Source of the DNA: Ophelia neglecta
Lineage: Eukaryota
Assembly: GCA_965285935.1 (NCBI GenBank)
Contig: OZ260665.1
Coordinates: forward strand, 32,798,001-32,862,000
Length of the DNA stretch: 64,000 nucleotides
Direction of reading: 5' to 3'
Shown: piece by piece, positions 1-11,105 of the stretch
How positions within the stretch are numbered: position 1 is the stretch's first letter
Layout: the number at the start of each line of letters is the position of its first letter
Notes under the pieces: generated by a model
Told to the model about the DNA's origin: nothing
Database searches by the model: none
The model's input: only the letters and a program-made list of their open reading frames with translations
Position numbers and translations under genes: made by a program

Positions 1-1624
1 GATATAAAACGACCGCTCGGTGGTATTTAACCGAATGCAATGCGACCAAATATATCAATACACTCAGCAAGCTTGTGAACATAACTTCTAAAATTCCCCT
101 CTCCTCAGAATGACTTTATTACAAGGGAACCTGGTGAAACATTGGTAGGAATAAAATCGGGAAGGAATTCGGGCTTTCAACCACACACGTTGAGCAACGA
201 TCACAGTGAGATTTACATATAAGTCCTGTCCGTGATTGCCGGATCAAGCATTGATACAAAGGGTTCAGCGTATTTTCACAAATTATTTCGATAAATGACC
301 TGCGTGCTGTCAGCTTGGTATACTTTTGATGTCTCCTATAGAAACACTGCATGGCGTTATTATTTACATGCAGAAGTCTTGGAACGACAAATATTGATAT
401 TTTATGTACCCTTTACCGCGCCAAGCTGTCGTTAGGCAGTGCTAAATCAAATATATTCCTTTTCCTAGGATATCAAGTGAAACACGTTTTCAATATAAGC
501 AACACCGTATTTTTTTACTTCTCGCCATAAACAATATCTTTTCGAAGCCCATCATAAGATATATTATATGCTGTGTACCTCCACATTTTTATACTGTAAT
601 GTCAGTTGAAAACAAATATATACTCAAGAAAAATCTGGAAGAGCATTACCACGAAATAAAACGTGTTTAAATACCGGCAGACAAAGTAAAATCATTATCA
701 AGACTAGTTCAATAAATCGGTCATTTATCATGAGGAACCGTCAGCTACAGGCTCGCCATTTTGTTTTAGGTCGAACCGTTAGAAAACTGGTGGTCGGAAG
801 TGGGGGTAGGGGTTTGGTAGATTATCACTTTTGTACACACTTTAGTATTTCAAATTGTATCCCAAGCGCGCCATTTTCTTTCCTAGTTTATCATGACAAA
901 TACCTCGTCGATGATACAAAATAGTATAACTACAATGCAGATGGACTTGCGCGTTGCCTTGTAAAAAGAGGGAAAAAGATTTAAGGAAATATCCCACAAA
1001 TTTGGCAATTGGATTCAAACAGATATATATGAACCTAACAACAAACTTGCTCATACTTCTCAAACTCCTTAAATCGATGTCATTATAAATTCATATCAGA
1101 ATGTCCAAATAACATTCAGTATGCGTGTAGGCTACATGGGTAGTTCCAATGTCTTAAAAAGTATGAAAATTAAGTTTACGTAAACTTTAGATAATTCACA
1201 TATAGTGCATAACATTTACATTATTCGGTGGGACTGAAATGAATAAATGCTTAATTGATACTAATGTCCGTGGCTAATTTCATTGAAAAGCAATCATTTA
1301 CCTAGATCAATGTTACAGCTGTACGGGTGGAAGGCCGACAGAGTTAGATCATGTGATATATGCAGTGGCGACCTACCAGGAATCTACATTCAATTTATCG
1401 CTTTCAATTATCTTTATTCATTAATGTCCCTAATTCAATTTTAGATTTCAAATCAACCAAAGGTATGTATACATACGTAAAAATATATTTAAATCACATA
1501 ATGTTCAAGGAAACAAGAGGAGCATGGCGTTTATATATGTTATTTGTCTCGTCGAAATACGGATCTATGTATAATTGTCTGAAACCTTTGTTAATATACA
1601 TTTTACCATTGTAAATTGAAAATG

Positions 1625-1677
1625 ATTATATGTAAATATAAATTGTAAATAATTATATGTAAATATAAATTGTAAAT
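1625..1677 (+). repeat. Tandem duplication, 27-bp period x2
   Basis: attatatgtaaatataaattgtaaat at 1625-1650 and 1652-1677. Confidence 0.9.
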
Positions 1678-4119
1678 TGCTCCCGTTCTTCGAGCCAGTA
1701 GAGACAACCATCTGCCAATAATACAACTCAGAGTACGCCCGTCTTTATTTTATAGTTTTTTGGGTAAGACAAACGTGCCAGTGTTTAGGTTCTAGTCACG
1801 TATCTTACAGCAAAATAAAACATTTGTTGCTATGGCATGTTATAGCAGACATGCTAGTGTGCCTTATTTGCAAGGGACACTACAAACATGTTGCCAGAAT
1901 TCATTCTGAATGAATACCCAGCAGACGATGCAAATTGATTAATCAAGAATATTCTATTTAGTCGGTCCTTAATGTTCAGGGAGAGTAATGTTAAATGGAT
2001 GTTTCTTTCTGCATAGTAGCCAGCATTATCTAAACAGGGTTTTCAATTATTAATTTTTCGATGGGGGTTCCTTGTGAGACATTCAAGTTTTTGCCCTGAT
2101 GTAAACGCAAGGAGTTCAGCTGGTAAATTGGTAAAATCAAAAAGTGATGAAATGAATGAATTCAAGTGCCAAGTGAAAAAACAGGATGGATAACTTGCAA
2201 CCAAATAAATTCATTGATCAATAATAGTCCATGAAATTAGTCGGAAATTACGTGGAACCACCAATCACAGGCCCACTACATCAATCCCTGGTAAATAAAC
2301 ATGTAATGCAAATAAAATAATCAAGCATAAAGTTGATATAAATGTAATTGTCGGAGTAATAGTTGATACACGTAATACAATGCAGAATATTCAAACCAGA
2401 ACATTTCATAAATATATCTCAGTTTGGAGAGTCTCGGTGAGATTTGGTCTTTTGACCGTTCAAAGGGTCCCTGATGATTTGAACAGATTTAATTCATTTT
2501 TCTGATGACTATTATTGTTTTGTCTGTCTGGTATTCACACCCTTTTCCTTCGGTAGATGGGTTTCTGGCTACCCAACCATCTAAAGTATTTTTTTTTGAC
2601 AGCTTAAGACTTCCCTTGATGTGCGTATAGCACAAGTATAGATCAACAAATAATAATCCAAGGAATAGTCACGCCATAAAAATGCTTATACCAGGATTGA
2701 TGAGATTATGTTTGATCTTAGATTGAACGTAGGTTCTATGATTTGTGTTATAGTAGAACTGGGGTTAACAGACACAATCATTCCTCAGCACTCTATTCGA
2801 AATAGGGGATTTGTTTTATCTAGCCCTGCTTATTTTCCTATATTTACTGGAACATGGTGTTTCATTCCTGGAGATATAAAGAATGGTTCTGTAACGAACA
2901 AGCTTCAAAACATGAACAGTATAATTTTATGGGCGATATAAAGATGATTTGTGAGGTAGAGGAGCTTTGCTTGATTCCAAGCATATGAATTACCATAATT
3001 CAGCTATGTACAGTATGACCAAATACTCGATATATACGAGCTATTTGTGTACGCACATTTATCAAGTACCAAAATAGTGACCCTGCTCCCGATTGGCTGG
3101 GCTCACGAGATATACAAGTCCGTATATCGGGTTTTTAATCCGTTTCGGGTTTCAGAATGAAGTCTTTTGTGAATCAGTTGTGAATCCACAAAGAATCCAT
3201 GGACTGACGACATAGCCTAAAAATCCTCCTGCTGCCTCGTTTTGGGTAGCATCAAACTGATTTGCATTTAAAATTTCCACGGTGAATATCAAATTTATAG
3301 ATGGTCTTGTAGGGTACATTGTTAAAGCATAGCTCAATGTTTGAACCCGACATACGGTGTGGTATACTGACCTTGATACTTGTATGCCCTATAGCCTTCG
3401 GTGTACTTGTTTCTAAGCCGGTGAAACACACTGTGTGCCGATTATAACCAATAGTATATGTCGGTTTTTAATGTTGGGTATATGTGGATAGTCTCCGAAT
3501 TCTCAAGGGGAAAGGACAGTTTTGGATGAAAGGCAACCTCCTGAAGCCCTAAAATCCAGCAACCGGTGGCAACGTCATGTGGAAAAGATGATGTCACAAA
3601 GGCTACCAGGCCGCTTAGAGAGGGCCGGACATGGACACAAATATCCTTAATCACTGCGTGATTACTATGCTCAGCAGAAGAAGAATCCTGTTTATATGCC
3701 ATTTGATCAGTAAGCCCATTCCATCATATTTTTTTTTGTCTTGGTCAGTGTATGCACCTCCTCCTATCTATTACTCTCTGGTTTAGAAAGTGTGATACTG
3801 AGCAACTTCAATACTGAGACAAGCCTCAATCGCTAACTAAAAAATTGACATTTATGATGAACACTTAGCTATAAAGGAATTCTGCTTTCCATTACTGCAG
3901 GGCTCATAACTACACATAATTCTTTGGAAGTATGTCTAAGGCATCGCGCGCTTCATCCAATCCTGCAGATAAAGCTTTAGATTCCGCTATATATGGGCGT
4001 CGTGAATGTCTTTATCCTTCTGTTGAAAATGGTTTATTTGGTGACGAATTTGGGAGTTTAAAGCAGAAAAGCAAATTGTCAACATAGACACTCTGTTTTC
4101 GTTCACTTTCGTTATCTAC

Positions 4120-5190
4120 TTGCAATCCGTGCTATCAGCCTACTGAAATTTTGTGTCCAATTCTGGGTTAAACTAAATTGGCAGCTAATACCTGGATCCA
4201 TGAAGTTATTGGTGATGTGATTGACGAGGAGCAATTTGTAGTAAATGAAGGGTATATCAACTATTAATGCCCTCATATATCACTGGCACACTGCAGTCCA
4301 TAATAACAAGATGGCCAGAGTGCTTCTACTGGATTTGATCTGGTCGACCATACCATCATCGTGAAAAAGTTTGGCAGTTTCCAGATGGCTCGTTGGGTTT
4401 CTTTTCAGACAAACAACAACTTGTTAAAAACAAAAGTGACTTGTTGGACTAGCCAAGGGGGCCAGGGATATTTGCTTGGCCCCCTCTCTTTGCTGTTTAT
4501 GTCAGTGATAAAACTGTCAGACAGTGGATGACACAATACTTTCAGAGACATTTATGAATCATTTTCACTCGTACCCTCCAGGACACAGCTGAAATTGTGA
4601 ATAATAAATGAAAGTTGATGAAGAACTAAAGAATTTACGATTACAATGAAAGGACCAAACCTATTTTCGAGCAACATCGCTATTGAGCGGGTGAGTGTTT
4701 CAAAGGTGATTGATCCGTGAGTGGCAGACGACCTAACATGGAGCGCCTGATGCCTCCCGTGTCCTTGATAGGGCTAATCCGACGCTTTATTTCCCCAAAC
4801 ATTTGACAAAAGCACAGACGATCTGCTCACCTACTACATCGCTATTTTCCGATAGGTATGTGCACCCAGTGTGGCAATCCGGTCCCATTCAAGAACAATC
4901 TGCCTTTGTTGAGAAAAAATCTAACGAGAAACATGCAATGCGTATTACTCAACCATATGTGCCATACACCATGGTCTTGTCCGAGGCGGGCTTGGATAAA
5001 CTAATTGACAGAAGGATTATGCTGTGCGCTTCCAAATTTAAGAGTCTAGCAAATCCTAACTATAAACTTCATCCTTTAATCCCTAAATAACATAACTTTG
5101 CCATGACCTGAGGCGTAGAATGACTAATTCACTGCCAAAGTAGAAACTAGCGTTTAAAGAAAGACTTCGTCACTTATTCCCTTTCTGCTC
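4120..5190 (+). mobile_element. Decayed non-LTR retrotransposon (CR1/L2 group) ORF2: RT domain and C-terminus
   Basis: Colinear, frameshifted motifs: IRAISL, WIHEVIGDVIDEEQF, STINALI, ARVLLLD-DLVDHTIIVKK, LLGP/LFAVYVSD, VDDT, KTKE, IERVSVFK, DDLTWSA. ORF 4803..5090 continues with PVWQSG..AMRI..Y..L..AGL..L.DRR..LC...KLHPLIP, followed by RLKKDFV. Confidence 0.8.
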
Positions 5191-5739
5191 AACTGATTTA
5201 ATTTTCCATAAAAACATACTTTTTTATCTTGCCATATAATATTTATAATATTTAACCTAGCCTTATTCTTGCCACAATATGTTTAGTCTAGTTGTTGTAT
5301 TGATTGTAAATATATTTCATTTTCTAGTCATTTTGTGTTCCATAAATCTTATATCATTTATATGACGTTTGTACTTGTGATATTGTAACTTCGACTTCCG
5401 GGCTGCATTAATTTCATTCATAAACTTACACATCAACTTAGGCATAAAAGGATGCAATGACTGTACATGTGATCTAGGAGGACATGAAGGTTTTGGCACA
5501 CAATTAGGTTTGCTATGTACATAGTACCCAGGACCTACAGTGTCATAAGAGCCACACTCGATCCAATATCATACTGAGAGCCAGGGAGGCTCCTGCAGAA
5601 CTCAGTTGGAACCGTCTGATATGTACAGACCCTCCAACATGAATTACATGCGCCATAATTTAACATAAAATATATAAAAATATATATAAAAAAAGCCAAT
5701 GTGAGACAGGAAAGAACAATTTTGCTTTCAGTAAACCAA

Positions 5740-5930
5740 ACAGTTAGATAGACAAAGGATGGTTCACAATACTGTTTATAAGTGGTCAGCGTATACATAG
5801 GAAAGGCCATGCACGCTGATCAGTACCTTGAAATAGATATCGAGTTGTGAGCACCCGTCACCATCGGGCCAACAATATCAACAACGAGACCACCGATGTA
5901 AGTGATTTTATTGACCATATCAATGCAGCA
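5740..5930 (+). mobile_element. Penelope-like retroelement RT fragment
   Basis: 5785-5829 reads VSVYIGKAMHADQYL in one frame, resembling the Penelope RT motif (T/S)VYRKPTHTDQYL. 5904-5927 reads DFIDHINA (F..HLN motif). Confidence 0.55.
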
Positions 5931-6840
5931 TAGCAGCGCTGTCCTAGGCATCACAAAGAAGACCTACCGCTAAGACAAGGCCAGTCCATTATTGACCGGG
6001 GGAGGGGGGGGGGGGCAGGGGTGGAATGGGGAATGGTCCAGGGCAGAAGTGGCAATGGTTATCCATAGTTAAGATAAATCTAAATGATTGATTCAATGAT
6101 GAGTGTGCTGCTGGTCGCTTATGATTATGGACCGATTCAATAGACAACGATTTCTGCCTGGGCTCCGATTCCGTTTTTTCGTATCATTTATTCCTATCCT
6201 GCTGTGTTTAAGTATCAAAGAGGTATAAACAAATTTACTAGTGAAACAAGCACACGTTCCCTGAAGGGATAATAGTATCAGATAAATAAATATGGGTGAA
6301 TAAGCACAAAATAGGTAAACAATGGAAAACAACAACTCCTAATCAAATTCCAACATATTGCTTTAACAAGATTAATAATGATTTTGAATGAACAGATTGC
6401 ACTTATTGTGTGTTATAATGTGTAAGCTTGGAAGAAGTGAATTCTTTTTCAAGCTCACAAAGTAGACGCAGATTCAACTTATGATAAGATTGCTTAGATA
6501 TTAGGTCAAATAGTTATCAATGACCCGAGAGGGTTTGTCGTCTTACCACAGCATACGTGACAACACAGTTAACATACCGTTTATAGAATAGAATAGATAA
6601 ACAATAAATAAAAAATGACTGCATGTGCCACTCTGGGAAAATGTAAACTTCATCATTATAGGCTGAAGTACCGAGTATTTAGTTTTTTGGTATGGTCCGT
6701 GTCATAGCGCGACTAACTATGTCTCACGCATTAGTATGTAGGCGGTCTTATACAACCTAAGATTTATGGAATAAGATAATGCAAGTGATCACGTTCATAT
6801 ATTATATTAAAGCCCGCCTGTATTGTTCTTTGTTGGTTTT

Positions 6841-6936
6841 TAAGTAAAGGGACTTTCAGTTAACAACCAGACGTCTCATTGCTCTCGCCTGCAGTCTCCG
6901 AGACGCCTCATTGGTAACTGAAAGCCCCTTTATTTA
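6841..6936. repeat. Inverted repeat, 37-bp arms, 22-nt loop
   Basis: 6841-6877 matches the reverse complement of 6900-6936 at 31/37 positions, with no gaps. Confidence 0.85.
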
Positions 6937-7405
6937 CGCCGCAGTTAAACACTGGCAAAGAACAGACATCAGCCGGACTACTTTTGGCCCAAGGAACAAA
7001 TAGCATATCAAATATAGGTCTGTGGCAATGAAAACGAAAACAATAATGATATTTGATATTGTAAACAACTGAATTGTAGAGTTATTAAATATGATCTGTT
7101 CTTACCCTGTATCTGCTCCCCTTAAGTTGCTTTTTTCCAATAAAGGGAGAACACCCTAACTCTCCCACTTGTTCAGCAGCTGGGTGATATCATATGACGG
7201 GATATCATTGTCCGTTAAAGTGTCCATTTTGCACAATCAGACATTGAATTACGTCCTTCCGTTTTAAACATGTACTGACCACCCCAAGCTGACCACATGA
7301 TGGAACGTGCCACTACTGTACATATTTAAAATCCGACGGTGACGTAGGCCTATTGTTTAGGATGCCCTTTCGGCCGCACGAATCAGCCTTCTTGCTTGAC
7401 CAACT

Positions 7406-7440
7406 GTACATTCGTAAGACAATGTCGTTTACGAATGTAC
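7406..7440. repeat. Perfect 12-bp inverted repeat
   Basis: gtacattcgtaa (7406-7417) and ttacgaatgtac (7429-7440), with an 11-nt spacer containing gac/gtc. Confidence 0.85.
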
Positions 7441-9500
7441 GTGCGCCAGAAAGGGCATCTTCCAAAATCTAGTCTCAATCTCCGCACATGACTGAGCGAC
7501 ACCTTCCTCATCGAAAATATCCGAGAAAATAGGGTATTCCTTTTTTTCCCCGTCCCATTGATATTGAAGAGGTCGGACTCAGACAAATTATCAAGTTAGA
7601 CGTCTAGTAGAAAATTAGCCGCCTCTTCCGCACTCTGTGTGCTATAAACTGCATTTTCTACACAAAATGTGCTTTGTGTGAGGGGGACTTCGTCTGACGA
7701 ACTGTTATCCATTCCATGAAAGGTGTTTATCATTGCCCAAGTTCAGAAATATGTTTATATGATTTATTGCCCAGCCATCTAAAGCTATGACAGACAACCA
7801 ATGAGCAACCAGCCCAATAACTGCATGGAAGCCTGGTGGTGTACGCATTGACAGTCAGGGACATACGGAACTAGTCGACCGTGAACCTGTCACAAATGTC
7901 TGGGTCATTGTTTTACAAATGTACGGATTTTAAGTAAGAGAAAGTACTCGTCGCTGGGCTTTTAGTAACAGAAATAACCAAGTTTATTTCTTTGTATAAG
8001 GCCCACTGCTGGTCTTTTTCCTAATTGTATTTCAATTTTTAAAGACCGATAAATGACTTTGTATAACTGCGAGGCGAGAAAAAACAATCGGCTTCACTGT
8101 TATCAGTTAAGTTTTCAACAAAAACCTATGCTTGTAATTCATAATGTGTGTGGAAAACATGTATTGGCTGGTTTAAGTCGGAAAAACACTTCTAACCTAG
8201 TTGTTAATTGGTCAGCCAGGACGGCGTGATCCCTCGGCTGACCCCTGGGCGAAAATCACTAGGCCGCTTCAGATCAATTAAAGTTTGTCAGTATTTCCCT
8301 TACACATATTAAAGTCAATAGTTCCAGCCCTTTGTTCACCTCATCGCAACAGTAAGAATATATATTAATATTTGTATCTTGCACAGGTGGATATCTATAA
8401 CTTTCACTAAGAATAGTGAAAGGTCTCAATACCAAGGAACATACTCAAAAATTCAACAAATGTGTCCTTACTTGTGGGTAAGAAACAGGAAGGGAAAATA
8501 TCACCATCACAGAATTAAACGTAGAATGGAACACATGAAGCTTCATATTGCTGGATCCACAGAGGCCGCAAGTGAGGGTGAATGTAATCAGGCCTGTGCC
8601 ACCATATGATCAATTACGAATAAAAGGCGGTCAAATCTCCTTATTATTTCTGGGACAGATTCATACAACTAATAGTGAACAAATTGTCAAACAGAAATCA
8701 AATTGCACGTCTGCTTAACTTATCAGTGACATATTTAGTGTAATGCGTGTCGTGTGTATATCTGGTTTATTTCCCTACTAGTACAACGAGCACCCACTAT
8801 TTCAAACATGCAAACAATGATTTCAATCTATAAATATACATTTTGCACGAAGGAAGCGCCCATAGGTCAAAGTAATATACACTCAGTTCTAAGAGCACTT
8901 CCCCTAGCATTGAAAAGATATTGGTTTTAATGCATCCCCAGCTCTGATTGCCGATTGCCATTGGCAATGACAATGATACAACAGACGCAGGTCGGTTAAG
9001 GGATGTGACTTTCTGAAGAAAAAACGCCGAAACTGCTCAAGGCTGATTAGTTGGATTGGTTGATCCAAATTTGGAAAAGGGTAAAGGAAGGATGACAAGG
9101 TAAAATAAAAGACATAATTATGTAGTGTGTTTAGTGCATATGGCTCATTAATTAATTGCATGAACCAATATGTAACCCTAAGGAAGCGAGGAAATTGTGT
9201 TTGACGCTGTAATAAAATATGTCGTTACTGTGGACTAACTGGGATGAGGAAAGAGTGGGCGAAGAGTTTGTTGTTGTCTGCTGGAGACGATCTCTAAAAC
9301 GCGGCTGGAAAAACCAGACGACATAGCGTTCAGTATAGGCATTACGGAATCAGATACTCCAATACTCCTCGGTTCGGTTATCTGTATATAACTTGCAATT
9401 GGCATTTCTATGTTTCATTAAAATGGCTTTGTGTACTTTTATTGGCCAAATAAAGCACTTGAAAACACTGGAAATTAGTTCATATGATGGTAAATGCTTC

Positions 9501-9506
9501 ACTTAC
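9501..9506 (-). other. 5' splice donor (GTAAGT) ending the receptor exon; intron extends toward lower coordinates
   Basis: Plus strand acttac at 9501-9506 reads GTAAGT on the minus strand, preceded by exonic AAG. It is a perfect consensus and falls exactly where TM6 should begin. Confidence 0.88.
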
Positions 9507-10370
9507 CTTTTTCTTGTTTTTATTCATGAGAGCGTCGCGGGAATCCATTGCAGATCCTGGCGCTTTTGACAACCATATTTTGTGCATGATCCGAAAATAG
9601 GCAACACTTATTATCAGAAGAGGAAAGAAGTATTGAACAATCGCCAGATAAAGACGGTATAGCTTTCCAAGATCTACCCAGGGGACTTTTAAAAAGAAGG
9701 GAGCACAAAATGGTTTTTGAAACCCAGGGCGTGCTTCATCCGGGGTATAGATAAACTTGAATGCGACAGCCGAAGGGACGCTAGACGCGAGGGAAAACGT
9801 CCATACTACTGTCATCACCAATCTGGCCACTTTGCTACTACAACGAGGTTTCAGAGGATAAATGATTGCAAAATATCGGTCTATGCTAATTACAGTTAAA
9901 GTAATTATACTGACATTAACGCTTAATTCCTTGACAAAAGGAGCAACAGGACACAAAAAGTGAGGTAAGTCCCAACGTTGTAACAAAGCGGACTGGAAAT
10001 GGAACGGTATGCTGAATATACCTATTATAACATCGGCAACACTAAGATTGGCAATAAAAAAGTTAGTCACTGTGTGCATACTCTTGTTCTTGGCAATTAC
10101 CAATATCACCAAGAGGTTCCCAATCACTGTTATTACTGATATTGAGCCATAGAGAATAGAGAGCAGCACCACAAGTCCCGGAGTCACAGTAAACAAATTG
10201 TCATCGTACACAGTAAAATTGGTGCCATTGGAAACGTTAGAGTATTTGGAGAAATTGTTAGCTGAGTCACTGGAAGAAATATTTCCTTCTACTAGCTCCA
10301 TGGATAATATGTTGTCAGATGTATTCTGCGATAGGCTTGCAGCCAGAAACTGGTCTGGCAATGTCGACAT
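9507..10370 (-). CDS. Lkr: Leucokinin (kinin/lymnokinin) receptor-like rhodopsin-class neuropeptide GPCR, first coding exon (N-terminus to ICL3, TM1-TM5); partial
   Basis: Part of ORF 9480..10370. Ser/Asn-rich N-terminus with six N-x-S/T sequons; TM1 GNLLV; TM2 TNFFIANLSVAD; ECL1 FQSALLQRWDLPHFLC; TM3 LSVNVSIITLTVISIDRY; TM4 Trp; ECL2 KPFC; TM5 VQYFFPL. ICL3 KAPGSAMDSRDALMNKNKKK closely matches the insect leucokinin-receptor signature as I recall it (RAPGNAQDSRDITLLKNKKK-VIKML). Similarity stops at a phase-0 donor AAG|GTAAGT, giving 864 nt = 288 codons. The ORF tail VSEAFTII is intron read-through. Confidence 0.9.
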
Positions 10371-10689
10371 TTCTCAGTTTTCTTCAACCAAACAAAATGG
10401 ATCTCAGTTTGAATTTTTCCTTGTAAAAAACTTTCAACCGTATGTTCCCTTCCTTATCGAGGCCCTATCAAACACTAGCTAATCCGACGAAACTCCTCAA
10501 TAAGTTCCAAATAATAGCAAAGATAATCATTTAAGCAGCAATGCATGGTGAGAATTTATTGTTCCTTGCATCCGATTCGTAATTGCAACCACAGTGACAA
10601 CTAGCCTTCAGTATTCATCAATTAATCCGAAAAAATGTCCGGAGGTGGAAATCAGCAATGATTTAAAAGCTCCATTCATCTCAACCCGT

Positions 10690-10910
10690 ACCGAGCCAGG
10701 CGCCCACGTTCAACAGTCTTCTAGTTTTATTCACCGGACGACAGCGAGCACGCGCCGATTTTCGCGCCAAGCTCACACCAAGCACAAGATATCACCAGTC
10801 GGGAACTTTTAATCAGCAGGTAGCAGCGCAATGCATGCATTAATTGCCATTGCAATGAGAGAAAAAAATGATAATTTTAAGTAGCGCACCGCCGGTCGGT
10901 GTACCTGAAG
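10690..10910 (-). promoter_or_regulatory. Candidate promoter / 5' UTR region of the receptor (CpG-enriched patch)
   Basis: Local GC/CpG enrichment (gcacgcgccgattttcgcgcc, gcgcaccgccggtcggtg) 320-540 bp upstream of the ATG in an AT-rich background. No TSS can be demonstrated. Confidence 0.3.
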
Positions 10911-11074
10911 TCATCGAAATTGGTTCAGTTGTTGGATTATTTGTATAGTTGTCGATTTACATGTATGCCCTACAAGAGTACATGTTTGGATAGATAATCC
11001 GATATTTACCGAGTCATCGATTTATTAATTCTCGCAAATGAATTCATGCTTAAGATAAATGTGTATTTGCGAGT

Positions 11075-11105
11075 GGGTGTGGGAAGGGGTGGGTTGGGGG
11101 TTGGG
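11075..11105 (+). other. G-quadruplex-forming motif
   Basis: ggg tgt ggg aa gggg t ggg tt ggggg tt ggg: six G-tracts with 1-3 nt loops. Confidence 0.6.

Noticed and set aside
8210-8263. Helitron 3' end (ggtcagcc/ggctgacc hairpin plus CTAG)
   Set aside because: The loop is long, CTAG is followed by G rather than T, and no 5' TC end or Rep/helicase relic was seen.
9480-9506. C-terminal VSEAFTII* of the 296-aa ORF as the true protein end
   Set aside because: It starts at a perfect GTAAGT donor, and the protein would lack TM6/TM7. This is intron read-through.
9520-10482. Alternative-frame and antisense ORFs overlapping the receptor exon
   Set aside because: They are shadows of the GPCR coding sequence.
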